Positions 9,574 through 20,292 of a stretch of 64,000 bases of DNA are shown here, in pieces. The first letter of the stretch is position 1. Every line of letters starts with the position of its first letter. The notes beneath the pieces were generated by a model. That model was not told the DNA's origin. It did not search any database and worked only from the letters and a program-made list of their open reading frames with translations. A program made the translations under genes and the position numbers. Source of the stretch: an uncultured archaeon (lineage in GTDB: Archaea > Asgardarchaeota > Thorarchaeia > Thorarchaeales > Thorarchaeaceae); NCBI GenBank assembly GCA_964473825.1, contig CAYYQL010000005.1, positions 64,759-128,758 of the forward strand. The letters are read 5' to 3'.

Positions 9574-11253
9574 CTAGGTCAGCATATCGAGAAACAAAAT
9601 CCAGAGGTTCTCAGTTGCGGGCCAAGAAAGCACTACGGCGAAAAGCACTATGCCTAGAGCCATAAGACACAACGAAATCAGTCTCAGATTCCTAGTTAAA
9701 CGGCGATAGGGTGTGGAACGAATTGAATCGTTGAGGACTGTTGCGATTGTCTGACTGACACCTATGATAACCAGAACCCCGTACTGCTCAAAATCGATCT
9801 GTAGACAGAGGCTTGAAAGCAGCACGAGTATCAGTCCAAGCCATAGTAGGGCATGCCAGACAGACATGGCGATGGTGATATGCCGTTCCACGCCGAGTGT
9901 GATTCTGAGTATGTGTTCCTCCGGACAAGGTTCGCTGATGTCCACATCTTCGTCAGTTGGCCGTTTTGCATATATCGCGAGTAAGTTCTCATCCAACCGT
10001 GCTCGGGGTGTAAATGAAACCCGTTTCCTTCCACTGTCCATATCTTGAGAGAAACCCGATTGGGTAAGCAGTTCTTTGCAGTTTTCCTCATCCTCTTCGC
10101 CAGGGTGGATGATATTGAAGTATCGAGTGGATATTGGGGAGCATTTCTCTTTTCCAAGTACCCGGAGTGCCCGGTCCTGCTTCACGAACACTCGATGCTT
10201 CTCATGATAGAGGAGTTTTAGCTCTCTTGGAGGAAGAATCTGGGAATGAAAAGAATAGTTGGTTCCGAACATGGGCAAATACGAGGGGAAGTCAACTTCA
10301 TTCTCTACTGTCATATTCCACCAGTGCAAGTTACTTGATTTCTTAGGTATGAAATGAGTACTACATACCTGCAATCGGCGCATATCTCTTGATTGGATTG
10401 GCGCACTTAGATAAAGCAGCGGCACAAATCTCTCGTTTACAAGTTGCAGGTTTCTTACAATGTAGTCCGCGAGCAATGATGGCAGCTTAGCATCCAGCAA
10501 ACACTGACACCTTTCCTTGGACTTCGTAGTGTCAAAATCTGGATAGGCTCTTTTGATTACGGATTGACACTTATCCTCGACATTCTGGTCTTCCCCTTCG
10601 AACTCATACTCGGACTTGAGCTTCAAGAACTCCCGAAGTGTCATTTCCTCGAAATCTCCCTCAGTGCTGAGACCGATTCCTGCGAGATAACGAATTTTAT
10701 TTGCCATAATCCCATTCATAGTAAAAGATTTCACCACATTCATGATATCAGAATGTGGATGACTCCGATTCCGTCTATATTCGCACTTGGAGGATGTGCA
10801 GAGTTTTTCAATGAGTGAGTGTAGGGTTGTCTCCGTATTCAGGCCTCCTTCGGAGGAGCCGAAGAGATAAGGCAGAACATTGATGCAAAACTCGTGATAT
10901 TCAGTGGACTCCTTTGGGTCGTCGGCTGCTATTTTCTCCATATGATATTCCAGTGAACGATATAGAGATAGATAGGTCAATAGGAGATTCCGGATGGGAG
11001 AGGGGATTGAGGTCGCAGATCCTCCACCTGAATCTTTGCATTGGAAATTCACAATACAACCTTTCTCAAAGGTTTCGGAGGGCACGATGTGACACGCCTT
11101 GGGACCACGGTTCACCACAGTTAGGACAGTGGTCAGTTCGTACATTCTCAGGTCAAGAAAGTCATATGTACGGCGGATTCTACGAACCCGGATACCGACG
11201 AGCTCGTCGAGCAGGTCTCGGGCGAACTCATGCTCCTCTTGCATATGCCTCAT
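9574..11253 (-). CDS. Hypothetical protein, large soluble domain plus three C-terminal TM helices
   Basis: Long ORF with a hydrophobic C-terminus. Start at 11253 or 11244 is preferred because 11433 would overlap the divergent HD gene; a TATA-like element lies at about 11281-11296. Confidence 0.75.
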   Translation of the reverse strand: MRHMQEEHEFARDLLDELVGIRVRRIRRTYDFLDLRMYELTTVLTVVNRGPKACHIVPSETFEKGCIVNFQCKDSGGGSATSIPSPIRNLLLTYLSLYRSLEYHMEKIAADDPKESTEYHEFCINVLPYLFGSSEGGLNTETTLHSLIEKLCTSSKCEYRRNRSHPHSDIMNVVKSFTMNGIMANKIRYLAGIGLSTEGDFEEMTLREFLKLKSEYEFEGEDQNVEDKCQSVIKRAYPDFDTTKSKERCQCLLDAKLPSLLADYIVRNLQLVNERFVPLLYLSAPIQSRDMRRLQVCSTHFIPKKSSNLHWWNMTVENEVDFPSYLPMFGTNYSFHSQILPPRELKLLYHEKHRVFVKQDRALRVLGKEKCSPISTRYFNIIHPGEEDEENCKELLTQSGFSQDMDSGRKRVSFTPRARLDENLLAIYAKRPTDEDVDISEPCPEEHILRITLGVERHITIAMSVWHALLWLGLILVLLSSLCLQIDFEQYGVLVIIGVSQTIATVLNDSIRSTPYRRLTRNLRLISLCLMALGIVLFAVVLSWPATENLWILFLDMLT

Positions 11254-11387
11254 CAAACTCAAACAGGATTCGCTTTGGTGATATGTATATTTTTCGCAAA
11301 GGCGGGTATCTAATAGATGCAATATTATTTTGATAGGGATAAGACTTACATATCTGAAGCACAATCTTTCAAAGGAAGTGGCTTCAA

Positions 11388-12692
11388 TTGACGGAGGGTT
11401 TTGTGGTAGAACCAGTTCATGGAGCAATATCAATCCCCGCGTGGCTCGATGAGATAAAAGACCGTCCCATCGTGAGAAGAATGATCAACATCCGTCAATT
11501 AGGGCTGAAGGCATACATAAATTTCCCTGGAGCCATTCATACGCGATACCTGCATTCGCTTGGTGTCATGCACCTTGCAAGACAGTTGGTAGATTTGCTC
11601 TTAGACTCCGATGTCAACACAAATGCAAAGGACTACCTCAAATCGAATAGACTTGCCATAGAGATTGCGGGATTCTTGCACGATGTCGGCCACGGCCCGT
11701 ATTCGCATCTGCTAGACTATCCAATGCAGACTGTTCTTGACAAAAGCCACGAAGACGTGACAATTGAAGTCATAGAGAGCATGGATTCCGTGATTGAGGA
11801 CACCGGATGCAGCAAAGAGCAAGTCAAGAAAATAGTGAAAGCCGAGTCCTCTTATCCTTACATCCACGAGATTGTGAACGGGCAAATCGATGTTGACAAG
11901 CTTGACTATATGCTAAGAGATGCATATCACACCGGTCTCAGGTATGGATTTGATCTCAGATTCTTCCTAAAGGAGATGACCATTGTCGGAAAAGGGAGCT
12001 TGGAGAATCTGCACTTGGGAATGAGGAAAACCGACGAGGGCATAGCTTGGACTGAAACGTTCCTCCTGAATTGGCGCACCCTCTACACCGTACTCTACTA
12101 CGCGCGACCTGCCCGGATTGCGGAGAAGATGCTAGAAAAGGCAATCCTAAAAGCACTGGAAGACAAAGAATTCAGACAAGACCTTGATGATGTTGAAAGG
12201 TTTTCGAAAATCGATGAAGCCGGACTAAGAACAAAGCTTGAGGATCAAGGGGGAATACCTGAAGAACTAGCCAATCGAGTCTGGTTGAACAAGATATACG
12301 AAGACCGAATTGATGATAATTTGTTGAAATGGCTACTCGATGAACAAGAGTTTGATTTGGACGAGCCATTTCTGAGTCACGTTATTAAGAGCTCAGAGAA
12401 CGTATCAGAAACCCTGACGAAGATACTCAGCGATGAGGTTGGAGAAGAGTACTCAGTGATATGCGATATTGTTTCCAGCCGAATCCCGAAGAAAGTTCGT
12501 GTGGAAGATAAAAGCAATAAGGAGGGGTATGTAAGTGTGGATGATGTATCCCCGGTGGTCAGGGCAATACAGTCACAACAACGTACGATAATGATTTATT
12601 ACAATCCCGATATCACATTGCCCTCAGCATTCCATAGGAAAGGGGAAATCAAGAAAAGGATACAGGAGGAGATTACCGATTGGCAGAACTAG
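11388..12692 (+). CDS. HD-superfamily phosphohydrolase (SAMHD1/YwfO/dNTPase-like)
   Basis: EPVHG, IRQLG, HTRYLHSLG, LHDVGHGPYSH, DVDKLDYMLRD. Confidence 0.93.
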   Translation: MTEGFVVEPVHGAISIPAWLDEIKDRPIVRRMINIRQLGLKAYINFPGAIHTRYLHSLGVMHLARQLVDLLLDSDVNTNAKDYLKSNRLAIEIAGFLHDVGHGPYSHLLDYPMQTVLDKSHEDVTIEVIESMDSVIEDTGCSKEQVKKIVKAESSYPYIHEIVNGQIDVDKLDYMLRDAYHTGLRYGFDLRFFLKEMTIVGKGSLENLHLGMRKTDEGIAWTETFLLNWRTLYTVLYYARPARIAEKMLEKAILKALEDKEFRQDLDDVERFSKIDEAGLRTKLEDQGGIPEELANRVWLNKIYEDRIDDNLLKWLLDEQEFDLDEPFLSHVIKSSENVSETLTKILSDEVGEEYSVICDIVSSRIPKKVRVEDKSNKEGYVSVDDVSPVVRAIQSQQRTIMIYYNPDITLPSAFHRKGEIKKRIQEEITDWQN

Positions 12693-13057
12693 AGAGAGCA
12701 ACTGATTCACAGTATGTTCTTGCGGCACTTGATGCTTATGCTCAGCCCGTGGAGGAACATGCTTTTCAGCAACTTATGTCGATGTTTAAGGACAGATGTG
12801 CCGATTTGGGATTCGAGTTCGCATCCCGCCGCAATCAACCTTATTCAGAGCATCTATCAAGAGCGCTTGATGCGCTGAAGGGGTTCTTGCTTGTTCATGA
12901 AAACTGGGAACGTAACAATGGACGGTATGTTTATCATATTCGAATCACGCCAGAAGGCAAGGAATTCTTGGATCGGTCATTGAGACATGTGAAGGACCGT
13001 AGGCAAATAGAAGTATGCAAGAAACTCGCTACGGGCTTCAAGAAAGCGAAGTCATGA
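12680..13057 (+). CDS. Small winged-helix protein, YwgA-like
   Basis: Overlaps the HD gene stop. The FQQL...FEF...PYSEHL...Y-I-ITPEGKEFL pattern resembles YwgA-type proteins. Confidence 0.65.
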   Translation: MAELERATDSQYVLAALDAYAQPVEEHAFQQLMSMFKDRCADLGFEFASRRNQPYSEHLSRALDALKGFLLVHENWERNNGRYVYHIRITPEGKEFLDRSLRHVKDRRQIEVCKKLATGFKKAKS

Positions 13058-13480
13058 AACCGTTTCAGCTTAGTGAGTAGTTTATTGGCTGCTAACTCGT
13101 GCTGTTCGTTCTGTTTCTCGCTCACGCCATCGTTTCAAACTATCAGACCGATATACCGAACCACCTTTGATGCAATAATTGGCACTAGATTCTTGGGACA
13201 ATAAGCACCTTCTTACTCGGTAATGTTTCTCAGTTTCTTCTAGAATTACATTCCAGCCTAGCGCCATTACCACTATCTCGGAGGGCTCAATTAATCTAGC
13301 TCTTCAATCGTCTTTCTGGGAACCAAGGTTTCTCTGAACAAGAGCGTTGTAGAAGCTCGTCTTGAAGCCACCCGGAGAGAGAAGCAGAAGCGTCTATACT
13401 CTCACACTACTTCTCGGTTCGGTCACATTTGTTCTATTAGCCACCCAAGAGCCGCCTTCTACAAGTCTATGGCAAATACC

Positions 13481-13815
13481 TCGGCATGCCGCTGGATGTA
13501 AAAGTCCGCCAGAGGGTTCTGCCTGGTGAAGGGTACCTCTTCTCCCAGTGCGGTCTCGACCTTCATTCCTCTGCCCCTCTGAGCGAGATAGACCCGGTCC
13601 TGTGCGGGGAAGTAGACTGCTGAGGCCTCAAACCGTAGATCTCTGGAGAAGGCTGCGCCGATAGCAAAGCCATCCCTGCCGTTCAGGTATGAGAATGTGC
13701 CATCGAGGGGGTCAAGATGGTAGCAGTAGGAGGTTGTATCTCCAGTGAATATTTGAGTGCGCGGCGTTGTCTCCTCGGCATTGATGCGGAAATCGCGACC
13801 GTGGGACTGCAGAAT
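13481..13815 (-). pseudogene. Internal fragment of inositol monophosphatase-family gene (direct repeat of about 8971-9305)
   Basis: About 330 bp of ungapped, high nucleotide similarity to 8971-9305, including the LDPLDGT codons. Confidence 0.9.
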
Positions 13816-14013
13816 GAACCTAGATATGCATTAACTTAGCGCCTTAATATCAAGAAAATGTAGACGAGCAAGGCATTGTCTGATGATTGATCTTCAATGC
13901 ATCAAGGATTCTTTCTCAGGATTCCGTAGAGGATTTCGCACTGCGGGGGAACGAGAGATGTGATTACCAATGCTTTGGATTAATCTTCAGGATTATAGTA
14001 AAGAGTACAAGCT

Positions 14014-14445
14014 TCAGCAGGCATGATTCGGAAAGAAGGCTCTGAGCCAAGCATCAAGGGAAACTATCCGTGCTAGGTCGCGACTTACTTCCGACCCAAG
14101 AGCATCAGCAGATCCCAATAGTTGATCTACTGCCTCGATGTTGATGTATCGGCCCAAGAGAGGGTGAGGATTGTTTACTATCGCCTCGACTGGATGAGAT
14201 CTGGCATCGTTTATCCATTTGGTTTCGGGAGCGGCAAAGCCAATTTTATCTGTTCTCTCAAGAATCTCTTTCGGCAGAGTATTAGACATGGCTTTTCTGA
14301 AAATCCATTTTGTGATTCCATTATGAATTTTGAAATCAGCCGGCAAAGCCAGCAAATACTCGACAAGTCGAAAATCCAGAAACGGCAATCTGGTTTCAAT
14401 AGAGAATGCCATAGCGCTACGATCCTCCCATCTCAACAAGTGCAC
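14014..14445 (-). pseudogene. asnB: C-terminal fragment of asparagine synthase (glutamine-hydrolysing)-like amidotransferase
   Basis: LLRWEDRSAMAFSIETRLPFLD and KWIFR...KIGF; most of the N-terminal part is missing. Confidence 0.88.
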
Positions 14446-14447
14446 TA

Positions 14448-15122
14448 GTGAACATTGCGCGGTATCTTATGGTGCCTAGGCCGATATTTGCTTCCACATG
14501 CAGTGTGTATGGATTCAAGACCCACAAGGTTTCGGAGGACGAACCACCAAGCCCATTGTCCCTCTATGCTGAAACCAAACTCATGTCCGAGAGAGCAGTC
14601 CTTGCCGACGGCTCAACAGGATTCTGCCCCACTGTACTGAGATTTGCCACGGTCTATCGGACCTCGCCGCGAATGAGATTCGACCTATTTGCGAACCTGC
14701 TGGTTGCAAAAGCAGCACTTGACGGAGAAATCACTGTCTACGGCAAGGGTAAACAGAAGCGACCCTTTGTACATGTGCGAAACATTGCCAGAGCTATAAT
14801 TGCCATACTAGAAGCGCCCACAGCGGCAGTCTGCAATGAGGTATTTAACGTGGGCTCGGAAGAGCAGAACATGTCGATAATGGAACTAGCCAAGGCGATC
14901 AAGACAGAAATTCCGGATTCAGCCATCAGAACCATAGAAGAGAAGGAAGATGACAGAAGATATTTGGTTTCTTTTGACAAACTGAAAAGAACCCTTGGAT
15001 TCGAACCTGAAGAGGACTTTGCGGAGTCTGTGAGAGAGATTCACAAATTCATTGAGGATCAGAGAATCACAGACTACACAGAGAAGGAGTATAGCAACTA
15101 CAAGAGCTTGCAAGAGTCCTGA
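14448..15122 (+). pseudogene. NAD-dependent epimerase/dehydratase, 5'-truncated
   Basis: FASTCSVYG, YAETK (YxxxK), SPRMRFDL; lacks the GxxGxxG N-terminus present in its paralog at 20293. Confidence 0.85.
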
Positions 15123-15171
15123 TAGAAACCGTTTTTGAAGACCGTTCTCCTTCTGATTTCTTATGCACAAC

Positions 15172-16341
15172 CTACATGAATTCTTCTATGGCATTTACCA
15201 TGTACTTGAGCTCTTCGTCCGTCAAGTCGGGATATACCGGAAGAGTTAGAACCTGGGATGAGAGTTCTTCAGTTACCGGCAGATCAACATCTGAATACCC
15301 TTGATTTCGGAATACGGAATAACTATGGACAGGATCGAAGTAGACCTTGTTGGAGATGCCTCTCTCTCGAAGGTACTCCATCAGTTCGTTCCGTTTCTGT
15401 TCTCCTTCCAGTATACGGAGGGTGTACATCTGATACACACAGAAGTAGTCATCATTGGGCGGGGTAAAGACCTCTATTCCTTCAATCCTGCCTAGATTTT
15501 GATTCAGGTATCTGGCATTCTCTCTCCGTTTCTGAATGTTTTCGTCCACTCTCTTCAGTTGAGACAGGCCTAGTGAAGCTAGGATGGTCGACATACGGAG
15601 GTTATGGCCGACTGATACGTAGTCCAGACCTATTGAGTGGGAGAAGTAGTCGCCAGACATTACACGTCCGTAGGACCGAAAGAGAGCCAGTTTCTCAACG
15701 AGGGCCTCATCATTAGTCACTACACATCCACCCTCGCTTGTGGTGAACACCTTGTTGTGGCAGAAGCTGAACATCCCCGACTCTCCGAGTGTTCCGACCT
15801 TTACGCCTTTGATCTCTGCACCGAAGGATTCAGCTGCATCTTCAATCAGAATCAAGTCACGTTCATCAGTGATCTCCTTCAGTTCGTTAATCCTGCATGG
15901 CATGCCACCATAATGGATTGGCATGACTGCCTTCGTCTTTCCAGTTATCTTTCTCTCGACCGCAGTAGGATCAAGCCCAAAGGAATCCTCTTCAATGTCA
16001 GCAAATATGGGTCTTGCTCCAACATAGAGGGGAGCATACGGGGTGGCAATGAAGGTGAATGAGGGGACGATAATCTCGTCACCAGGGCCAAAGCCATGTG
16101 CGTGCATGAGCGCCAATAGAGCGGAGCCCCCTGAGTTGAACACCATACAGTGGCGAACACCAAGGTAGTCTGCAATTGCCTCCTCAAACTCCTCAATTTC
16201 AGCCCCCGTACACCAGTAAGCACCAGATCTGATGACCTCGGCCACTGCCTCAATATCTTTCTCGTCCCATTCTATTCTGAAGAGAGGTATCTCCATCGTA
16301 TGTTCATCTTCCTTTCCTTTCAGATTCTGGTCATCTGGCAT
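15172..16341 (-). CDS. DegT/DnrJ/EryC1/StrS aminotransferase
   Basis: FNSGGSAL, SFTFIAT, IEDAAES, SFCHNKVFTTSEGG. Confidence 0.92.
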   Translation of the reverse strand: MPDDQNLKGKEDEHTMEIPLFRIEWDEKDIEAVAEVIRSGAYWCTGAEIEEFEEAIADYLGVRHCMVFNSGGSALLALMHAHGFGPGDEIIVPSFTFIATPYAPLYVGARPIFADIEEDSFGLDPTAVERKITGKTKAVMPIHYGGMPCRINELKEITDERDLILIEDAAESFGAEIKGVKVGTLGESGMFSFCHNKVFTTSEGGCVVTNDEALVEKLALFRSYGRVMSGDYFSHSIGLDYVSVGHNLRMSTILASLGLSQLKRVDENIQKRRENARYLNQNLGRIEGIEVFTPPNDDYFCVYQMYTLRILEGEQKRNELMEYLRERGISNKVYFDPVHSYSVFRNQGYSDVDLPVTEELSSQVLTLPVYPDLTDEELKYMVNAIEEFM

Positions 16342-16343
16342 GA

Positions 16344-16742
16344 TTATTCAAGCTCTCTTTGAACTTTTGCTGGAACACCGTAGGCAAGCACGTTTGCAGG
16401 CAAGTCATCAGTCACGAAACTGAAGGCGCCCACGATTGTGTTATCCCCAATTGTCACGCCAGGCATAATAACGCTGTGAGTACCTATTCTGACATCCTTG
16501 CCTATCACAATCATGCCCTCTCGGTTGTCAATGGTCGAATGGGAATAGATTGAACAATGAGAACCTATCTGTGTCCCGGTTCCAATCTTTACACCAAAGC
16601 GGGAATTGATGTATGTGAAAGCGCCAATGTCTGTGTTCTCACCCAACTCAAGATTCTGGTGATGCTGACACATCCAGTTCCATTTTGTCATGTTTTGTTC
16701 GTCGAACTCAGGATACTGCCAATCTTCAAACTCTCGACCCAT
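16344..16742 (-). CDS. Hexapeptide-repeat acyltransferase
   Basis: IGTHSVIMPGVTIGDNTIVGA, GVPAK. Confidence 0.88.
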   Translation of the reverse strand: MGREFEDWQYPEFDEQNMTKWNWMCQHHQNLELGENTDIGAFTYINSRFGVKIGTGTQIGSHCSIYSHSTIDNREGMIVIGKDVRIGTHSVIMPGVTIGDNTIVGAFSFVTDDLPANVLAYGVPAKVQRELE

Positions 16743-16760
16743 TCTAACACCATCGCATCT

Positions 16761-17918
16761 CTAGTATGTTATTCTCTTCTGAAGGAGCTTCTTACTGAGT
16801 TTAATCTTGCTGAGCACATCAACAATTCTCTCGGCCGCCGTTCCATCTCCATATGGTAATTTGCGTTAGTCTACCAAGGAAGTCCTCATCTGTCAACGAT
16901 TTCCTGATCCCCCTGACTATATCTTTCTTGTCATAGTCAACGTCGATTACGTTCGAGGCTCGCTCCTATCCTTCTGTCGAGTGCCGACGCAGACATAAGG
17001 AACTCCCAGCGAGGGAGCCTCTATGATTCCACTGCTTGAGTTACCGACTAACGCAGAAGAATGGCTCATTAGCGAGATGTAGTCCAGGTGAGAGAGATTA
17101 CAAAAGATGTGCACGCGTACATCGCTGTCAAAGGTTTCTATCACATCCACTATCTTGGTTCCTCTAGGATAGTCATTTGGATAAATCACGACTATGTCCA
17201 GTCCTCTCTCACGACCTACTTCAAGACTCGACTCGAGGACAAGTGCAATCTGCTCTTCAGCATCTTGCCATTCAGTGGAAGTTGGATGGTAGACGAGAAG
17301 GAGATACGGTCTTCTCGGCAGGTCAAGTCTCTCGGAGAGCTCTTCACGAGGGCGAGGCTCAACCGAGAGAATTGTGTCGAGTGTCAATGAACCCACGTTG
17401 TGCGTCCTCCACTCCTCTTCTCCAATTCCAAGGACGCGCTCCTTGCTTTGCTGAGTCTGGACGATGTGAAGGTGTGATAACTTCGTGATCGCATGTCGGA
17501 CAACGTGATCAAGGTCCCCAAAGCCCATCTCTCCTCCTGCGACATGCGCAACTGGGATGTTCATTGCAGTAGATGCAATGGCTGCAGCAAAGGGTTCAAA
17601 CCGGTCACCGAACACAACAACTATGTCGGGCTTGTCCCGCCTGAATACGTCTGCAAAGCCAATGACCCTCTGGCCTATCGAAACGGCCATATCATATTCA
17701 CTCTGCATGGCCTTCAAACCCATATCAACGACAGCAACAATCTTGTAGCCATCCTGCTTAATCTCTTCGATAGAATTACCGTATTCCTTCAGAAGGTGCA
17801 TACCTGTTGCATAGACCAGCAGTTCTAAATCTTCATGTGCCTTAATCGCACTCATAAGCGGACGAAGATAGCCGTATTCCGCTCTCGTCCCAGTTATTAC
17901 TGCGATTCTCCGCTTCAT
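16761..17918 (-). pseudogene. neuC: UDP/GDP-N-acetylglucosamine 2-epimerase (hydrolysing), NeuC/LegG-type, two 3' frameshifts
   Basis: TGTRAEYG, GDRFE, RHAITKLSH, GNSSSGIIEAPS. The C-terminus (RERASNVIDV...PYGDGTAAERI...KRITY) is recovered only through frameshifts at about 16965 and 16865. Confidence 0.88.
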
Positions 17919-17940
17919 ATAGCCTGCTCCTAATTCAATC

Positions 17941-18989
17941 TCACTCGAACATTTCCCAAGTAAGCACGGTATCTTCTTCGAGGTCCACCAAAGTGGTCTT
18001 GCCAACTACCGAGTCCAATTCCTTTGGTGCAATACCACTGCCCGGTCGCTTTATGGAGACCATATCTCCGGAAATCGTCGCGCCTTTAGGTATCGACACA
18101 GCAGCTGCCAGACTCTTCCCAGCAATACGTTTCATTCTCTCTTCCTCGGCCGTAGGCTGTTTCACTCCATTACCCAGCGCTGCTTCGGTATTACGGATGA
18201 CAGCCACCAGCTGAGCAAGCTCCTCCGGTTCTAATGATGCTTTGTGGACTGGCCCGGGCAGCTCGTTATCGAGTGTAAAATGCTTCTCTATCACGCTAGC
18301 GCCACAGCTGCAATCGAAGCAAGAAGGCCCATTGTGTGGTCGGAGAATCCTACCGGTAAGTCAAGAGCCTCATGCATGGTTCTCATTGCTCTCAGATTAA
18401 GGTCCTCAATATCTGCCGGGTAGCTCGTCACGCAATGTAACAATATGATCTGATCATTTCCCTCTTTGCGTATCGCATTGACTGCATCCCGAACCTCCTG
18501 TAGATCTCCCATGCCCGTCGAAAGGATAATGGGCTTTCCGTATCTGGCAACCATTCTCAAGAAAGGAATATTTGTGAGATCTCCTGAGCCTATCTTGTGG
18601 GCTGGAACCAGAGGGTTGAGGAACTCAGCCGCATCAGATGTGTGCGGTGTCGAAAGGAATAGGATACCATTCTTATGACAGTAGTTCTTCAGCTCAAGAA
18701 AGCAGCTGTAATCAAGCTCAAGACCTTCTACCATATCATACTGACTCTTCGGTCCCTTTCCCTGCCCCTTCTGATATTCCGCCATATCAGCCCCCTTCGT
18801 GACCAAGTCAGCAGCCTTGAAGGTCTGAAACTTCACCGCATCCACCCCAGCACCTGTTGCGACATCAACGAGCTGCTTGGCAAGTCCCAGGTCACCATTA
18901 TGATTGACACCTGCCTCAGCAATGATAAGCCCTGGTTTCCCGTTTCCAACGGTCCTATCGCCTATCTCCAGCTTCAACATTTCGTCCAA
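17941..18989 (-). pseudogene. neuB: N-acetylneuraminate/legionaminate synthase with SAF domain, frameshifted
   Basis: IIAEAGVNHNG, VKFQT, KIGSGD, LHCVTSYP, SDHT; frameshift at about 18295 just before IEKHFTLD. Confidence 0.92.
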
Positions 18990-19003
18990 ACACCCTATCC
19001 ATT

Positions 19004-19551
19004 CTATTCGAATGCGAATCGACCCGTTTTCAACAGGAACTCAACGAAGGCGAAGTCTATCGCTCTATCGATGTCAACCGATGAAACCTCATCCATCACA
19101 TAGACCCGCTCCGGGTCACAGTGCAGTCCAGTTGTCCTTAGCAAGTGGTCGCGGTCATAGACGTAGATTGATCCATTGATTTCATACACTTTTGGAGCAG
19201 CCTATCTGCTGAAGACTTCTGCATCCAGTCGCTCCGAGATATGAGCATTGCCGTCCTGGTCAAGTTCAACCATATTGAATTAGGGGTTCTTCTTCGCTTC
19301 CGTGACACTGTAGAGAACTTGAGCGTCCTCCTCCATGAACTGAGCGAGAGCATTGTCTAAGTCCTTCGTTGTTCCTAGAGGGGATGTCGGACCCAAGTCA
19401 ACAACTGCATCATATCTCTGTCCTTCCTCATTCTCGCAGAACCTTATTGCGTGCTGAATCACTGGTATTTTTTTGGAGCGGCATCGGTGGCGAGAGCAGA
19501 AGGTCGCAAGAAGGGAACATCGGCCCCCGCTTGGGCTGCAATCCGTGCTAT
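19004..19551 (-). pseudogene. neuA: CMP-nonulosonate synthetase (acylneuraminate cytidylyltransferase) remnant
   Basis: GADVPFLRP-LATD, PTSPL, KNP*FNMVE, NGSIYVY, SVDID. N-terminus deleted, plus frameshifts and an in-frame TAA. Confidence 0.85.
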
Positions 19552-20121
19552 TCCACCTTCACCCGTCGTCAAGACCTTGTTTCCACAGAAGTTAAAGACT
19601 GCAGCGTCCCCGAAACTACCGACTTTCTTCCCCCCAGTGATACAGCCCAGAGATTCAGCTGCATCCTCAATCAGAGATAGATTCTCGTCTCTGGCGATTT
19701 CAGTTAGCTCTCGGATCTGGCAAGCCCCACCCCCGTAGTGAATCGGGACTAGTGCCTTTGTCCGAGGAGTAATTCTTTCCATAACGTCATTAGGATCGAG
19801 GCTGTAGGTCCCATCTTCTATTTCAGCGAAGACCGGTTTAGCGCCCACATTGACAACCGAGTTGCAGGTCGCGATAAAAGTGAAGGACGGAACGATTACT
19901 TCATCGCCCGGAGATATCCCCAGCGCCTTGATAGCAGCAAACAATCCCGAGGTACCAGAGTTGAAGGCAATTCCATAGTTGCGATTTGAATACTCGGAAA
20001 CCTTTTTCTCGAAGTCCGGCACAGAGGGGCCTCCCGTCCAAAACATTCCTCGGCGGATGACTCTACTCACGGCTTCTTCATCCCAGTACACTTTGTAAAG
20101 AGGGACCCGCCATTCACTCAA
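19552..20121 (-). pseudogene. DegT-family aminotransferase, N-terminal half fused to the neuA remnant
   Basis: FNSGTSGL, IEDAAESLG, NKVLTTGEGG, then an abrupt switch to NeuA sequence. Confidence 0.85.
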
Positions 20122-20292
20122 TCATCTGCACATCCTGCAGACTGGAGTGTGAGATATCTTTATGAAACTTGTTTATGACTACTGATACGTCACATGGAAA
20201 AAGGGACAGAGAAGGGTAGCAGGGAGAAACCGTTTTTAGTCGAAGACTGGAGATTCGGACCAGCAAATACATATTGAAGCCCTTGAGATTCA

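Noticed and set aside
11254-11433. N-terminal 60 aa of the 619-aa ORF-track call
   Set aside because: Overlaps the divergent HD gene and its promoter region; a downstream ATG is more plausible.
13082-13480. Small minus-strand ORF next to the HD cassette
   Set aside because: Short with no motif; cannot be distinguished from a chance ORF or remnant.
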